Positions 46,377-48,569 of a stretch of 48,569 nt of DNA are shown here, piece by piece (within the stretch, counting starts at the first letter, position 1; every line of letters begins with the position of its first letter). The stretch spans positions 1 to 48,569 of the forward strand of contig VFKK01000064.1 in assembly GCA_009885605.1 (NCBI GenBank). Reading direction: 5' to 3'. The translations under genes and the position numbers were made by a program. The DNA comes from Cyclobacteriaceae bacterium (GTDB lineage: Bacteria; Bacteroidota; Bacteroidia; Cytophagales; Cyclobacteriaceae). Below the pieces are notes generated by a model. That model saw nothing but the letters and a program-made list of their open reading frames with translations. It was not told the DNA's origin and did not search any database.

Positions 46377-47657
46377 ATGGAAGTTTCTTACTTGATTATA
46401 GTCTTGATTTCCCTGATGTTTTCCGCTTTTTTTTCCGGAATAGAAATCGCCTATATATCTTCCAACAAGTTGCAGATAGAGCTTCAAAACAAGCAAGGAG
46501 ATATGAGGGGGAAGATATTGAGCGGGTTTGTCCAAAGTCCGGGTCAATTCATCGGGACCACGCTTCTTGGTAATACGATCTGCCTGGTTTTATACGGTAC
46601 TTTCATGGCGTTTTTACTTGAAGTGCCTCTACGAATGTGGCTTCCGGAGAGTATAAATAACGAAGCAGTCATCCTGCTAACACAGACAGTAATCTCCACT
46701 ATAATCGTTTTGATTACGGGTGAATTTTTACCAAAAAGCTTTTTCATGTTGAATCCAAACAGCATGTTAAATTTCTTTGCGATACCATTTCTGGCCATTT
46801 ACTTTTTGATGTACCCGATAGTGTGGGCTGTAGTTGGTCTTTCCCGGTTTTTCATTACCAAAGTTCTAAGACTTTCGTACAGTGAAGACAAGCCTGTTTT
46901 CACCGTCACCGACCTCAATAGCTTCATCCAAAATCACATGAACAAAGGCAGGGCGGAAGGGAAAGTTGATATTGACGCCAAGATTTTTGAAAATGCTGTG
47001 GAGTTCAAAACCGTCCGAATCAGGGAGTGCATGGTGCCGAGGACTGATTTAGTCGCAGTAGATGTGAATGATACCATTCAGGATCTAAAGGCGATTTTTG
47101 AGGAAAGCGGACATTCCAAAGTCATCGTTTATCGGGATTCAATAGACGAGGTGATTGGATATTGTCATCATTTGGAATTGTTTAAAAAACCCAAAACCAT
47201 TGATGAAATTCTTACTCCGATCATTATTGCCCCGGAATCTGCTCTTGCAAATGAAGTTTTGATACAATTTATCCAGGAGCGAAAAAGTCTAGCTCTTGTG
47301 GTTGATGAATTTGGAGGGACCAGTGGAATTGTTTCGATGGAAGATATTATTGAAGAAATTTTCGGAGAAATCGACGATGAATATGACAACGACGATTTGA
47401 TCGAGCAAAAAACCGGCGATCAGGAATACTTGTTAAGTGCCCGCCACGAAATCGATTATTTAAATGATAAATACGGGTGGGAATTGCCCTATGGAGACTT
47501 TGAGACACTATCCGGGCTGATTCTTTCCTTGGCAGAAAACCTCCCCAGGAAGGGAGAGTCCGTCACTTTTGGCCCGTACACTTTCACAATTGTTACCAAA
47601 CAAGATCACCGAATAGATTCAGTTAAGCTGAAAATCAGCACTTCCGGGATTTTTTAG
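46377..47657 (+). CDS. Hemolysin/CNNM family protein (DUF21-CBS-CorC_HlyC)
   Basis: SAFFSGIEIA, GEFLPK, MVPRTD, VVDEFGGTSGIVSMEDIIEEIFGEIDDEYD and ETLSG. Confidence 0.93.
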   Translation: MEVSYLIIVLISLMFSAFFSGIEIAYISSNKLQIELQNKQGDMRGKILSGFVQSPGQFIGTTLLGNTICLVLYGTFMAFLLEVPLRMWLPESINNEAVILLTQTVISTIIVLITGEFLPKSFFMLNPNSMLNFFAIPFLAIYFLMYPIVWAVVGLSRFFITKVLRLSYSEDKPVFTVTDLNSFIQNHMNKGRAEGKVDIDAKIFENAVEFKTVRIRECMVPRTDLVAVDVNDTIQDLKAIFEESGHSKVIVYRDSIDEVIGYCHHLELFKKPKTIDEILTPIIIAPESALANEVLIQFIQERKSLALVVDEFGGTSGIVSMEDIIEEIFGEIDDEYDNDDLIEQKTGDQEYLLSARHEIDYLNDKYGWELPYGDFETLSGLILSLAENLPRKGESVTFGPYTFTIVTKQDHRIDSVKLKISTSGIF

Positions 47658-47741
47658 ATAAGGCTTTCATTTAGATTAAATTTTGAATTTCGTTACTAAT
47701 GCTATTATTTTGCGACACTCAAAAAAAGCGTAGTATCAAAA

Positions 47742-48569
47742 ATGGCGTTAATTAAACAAATTAGACAGAGAACGGGTCTCGCTATCGGCGTAATTGCCGG
47801 CGGGTTAATTCTATTCCTATTGGGTGGAGATTTGCTTAGTCCTAGCTCCAACCTGCTCAGCTCAAATCAAAACATCGTAGGCGAAATCGCAGGAGAGGAA
47901 ATCTCTTACGAGGAATATGTAGCCAAAATTGAAGAAGTTAAGGCAAGCTATCAGCAACGAACCGGACGTGTCCCTTCAGAAGTTGAGATGTTCACAGTAA
48001 GAGAGCAAGCTTGGCAAACTATGATTGTGGAGCGCGTATTCAACGAAGAGTATGAAAAACTCGGCCTTACTGTTTCAGATGCTGAACTGGTTGATATGGT
48101 TCAGGGAAAGAATATCGTTGCCGAATTGCGTCAGCAACTTGTTAATCCGCAGACAGGTGAATTTGACAAAAACCAACTGGTTACATTCCTTCAGTCACTT
48201 GAGACAGCAGAGCCTGCACAGCAAGCTTTCTGGGCACAGCAAGAGAAACTTTTTGCGGATTCCAGGTTGAGAATCAAATATGACAATCTCATGGCTACGG
48301 CAGAGTATGCTACTTCTGCCGAAGCCAAATTAGAATACAAAGCAGCAAATTCACTAGCTGACGCTTCAATCCTTTTTATTCCTTATACTGCTATCAATGA
48401 TTCTGATGTCACATTGGATGAAAGTGAATTGAATGCGTATTTGAAAAAAAATCAATCCAAGTTCAAAACAGGAAACACTGCTAATCTGGAGTACATCAGT
48501 TTCAGTATTCTTCCCAGTGGAATTGATTCTGCAGATGTTATCACCAGAATTAATCAGTTAACTGAGGAA
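47742..48569 (+). CDS. PpiD/SurA-type peptidylprolyl isomerase chaperone, 5' part; runs off the window
   Basis: Not in the ORF track. Manual translation gives MALIKQIRQRTGLAIGVIAGGLILFLLGGDLL...VGEIAGEEISYEEY...REQAWQ...LGLTVSDAEL, a SurA_N-type pattern. Confidence 0.88.
   Translation, partial: MALIKQIRQRTGLAIGVIAGGLILFLLGGDLLSPSSNLLSSNQNIVGEIAGEEISYEEYVAKIEEVKASYQQRTGRVPSEVEMFTVREQAWQTMIVERVFNEEYEKLGLTVSDAELVDMVQGKNIVAELRQQLVNPQTGEFDKNQLVTFLQSLETAEPAQQAFWAQQEKLFADSRLRIKYDNLMATAEYATSAEAKLEYKAANSLADASILFIPYTAINDSDVTLDESELNAYLKKNQSKFKTGNTANLEYISFSILPSGIDSADVITRINQLTEE

Noticed and set aside
46377-47657. Calling the CNNM protein gldE or a true haemolysin
   Set aside because: The domain architecture is shared by several paralogues, and no gldD neighbour supports gldE.
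15299-47700. Further possible tail echoes after DUF4783, nadC, corA, queG, the cytochrome c fusion, comA and the CNNM gene
   Set aside because: The matches are too short or too AT-rich to separate from chance by eye.
434-48270. The many short antisense or alternate-frame ORFs in the track (e.g. 7152-7718, 13394-14107, 30452-30961, 48025-48270)
   Set aside because: They overlap well-supported genes, lack motifs and are expected shadow ORFs.
1-48569. tRNA, rRNA, CRISPR array, integrase, transposase or prophage genes
   Set aside because: None recognised by eye: no regularly spaced repeats, cloverleafs or recombinase motifs. A covariance-model scan was not run.

Overview
Gene-dense, mostly housekeeping chromosome segment of a Bacteroidota bacterium. 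The gene content, TAnnTTTG promoters and absence of obvious Shine-Dalgarno sites suggest a Cyclobacteriaceae/Algoriphagus-like organism (inference). It holds about 42 CDSs, including radA, polA, gpmI, nadC, corA, queG, hflX, aroE, tag, two nhaD paralogues, a Glu/Leu/Phe/Val dehydrogenase, anmK, coaX and lptC. I found no tRNA, rRNA, CRISPR array, integrase or transposase. The main unexplained structure is a recurrent '3'-end echo': degenerate same-strand copies of a gene's last codons lying downstream of that gene. Two are unambiguous. A ~147 bp radA tail copy brackets an oxidoreductase + glycosyltransferase insert, and a ~260 bp dehydrogenase tail copy separates the two nhaD genes. About a dozen short, individually weak candidates follow other genes, and one of them brackets a toxin-antitoxin pair. 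Together they suggest repeated gene acquisition by replacement of host gene 3' ends with no integrase in the cargo. Other candidates are a switchable hflX leader RNA, a direct-repeat operator upstream of radA, several apparently leaderless genes, and an exported amidase with a GatC-like N-terminal segment. All identity counts are by hand.
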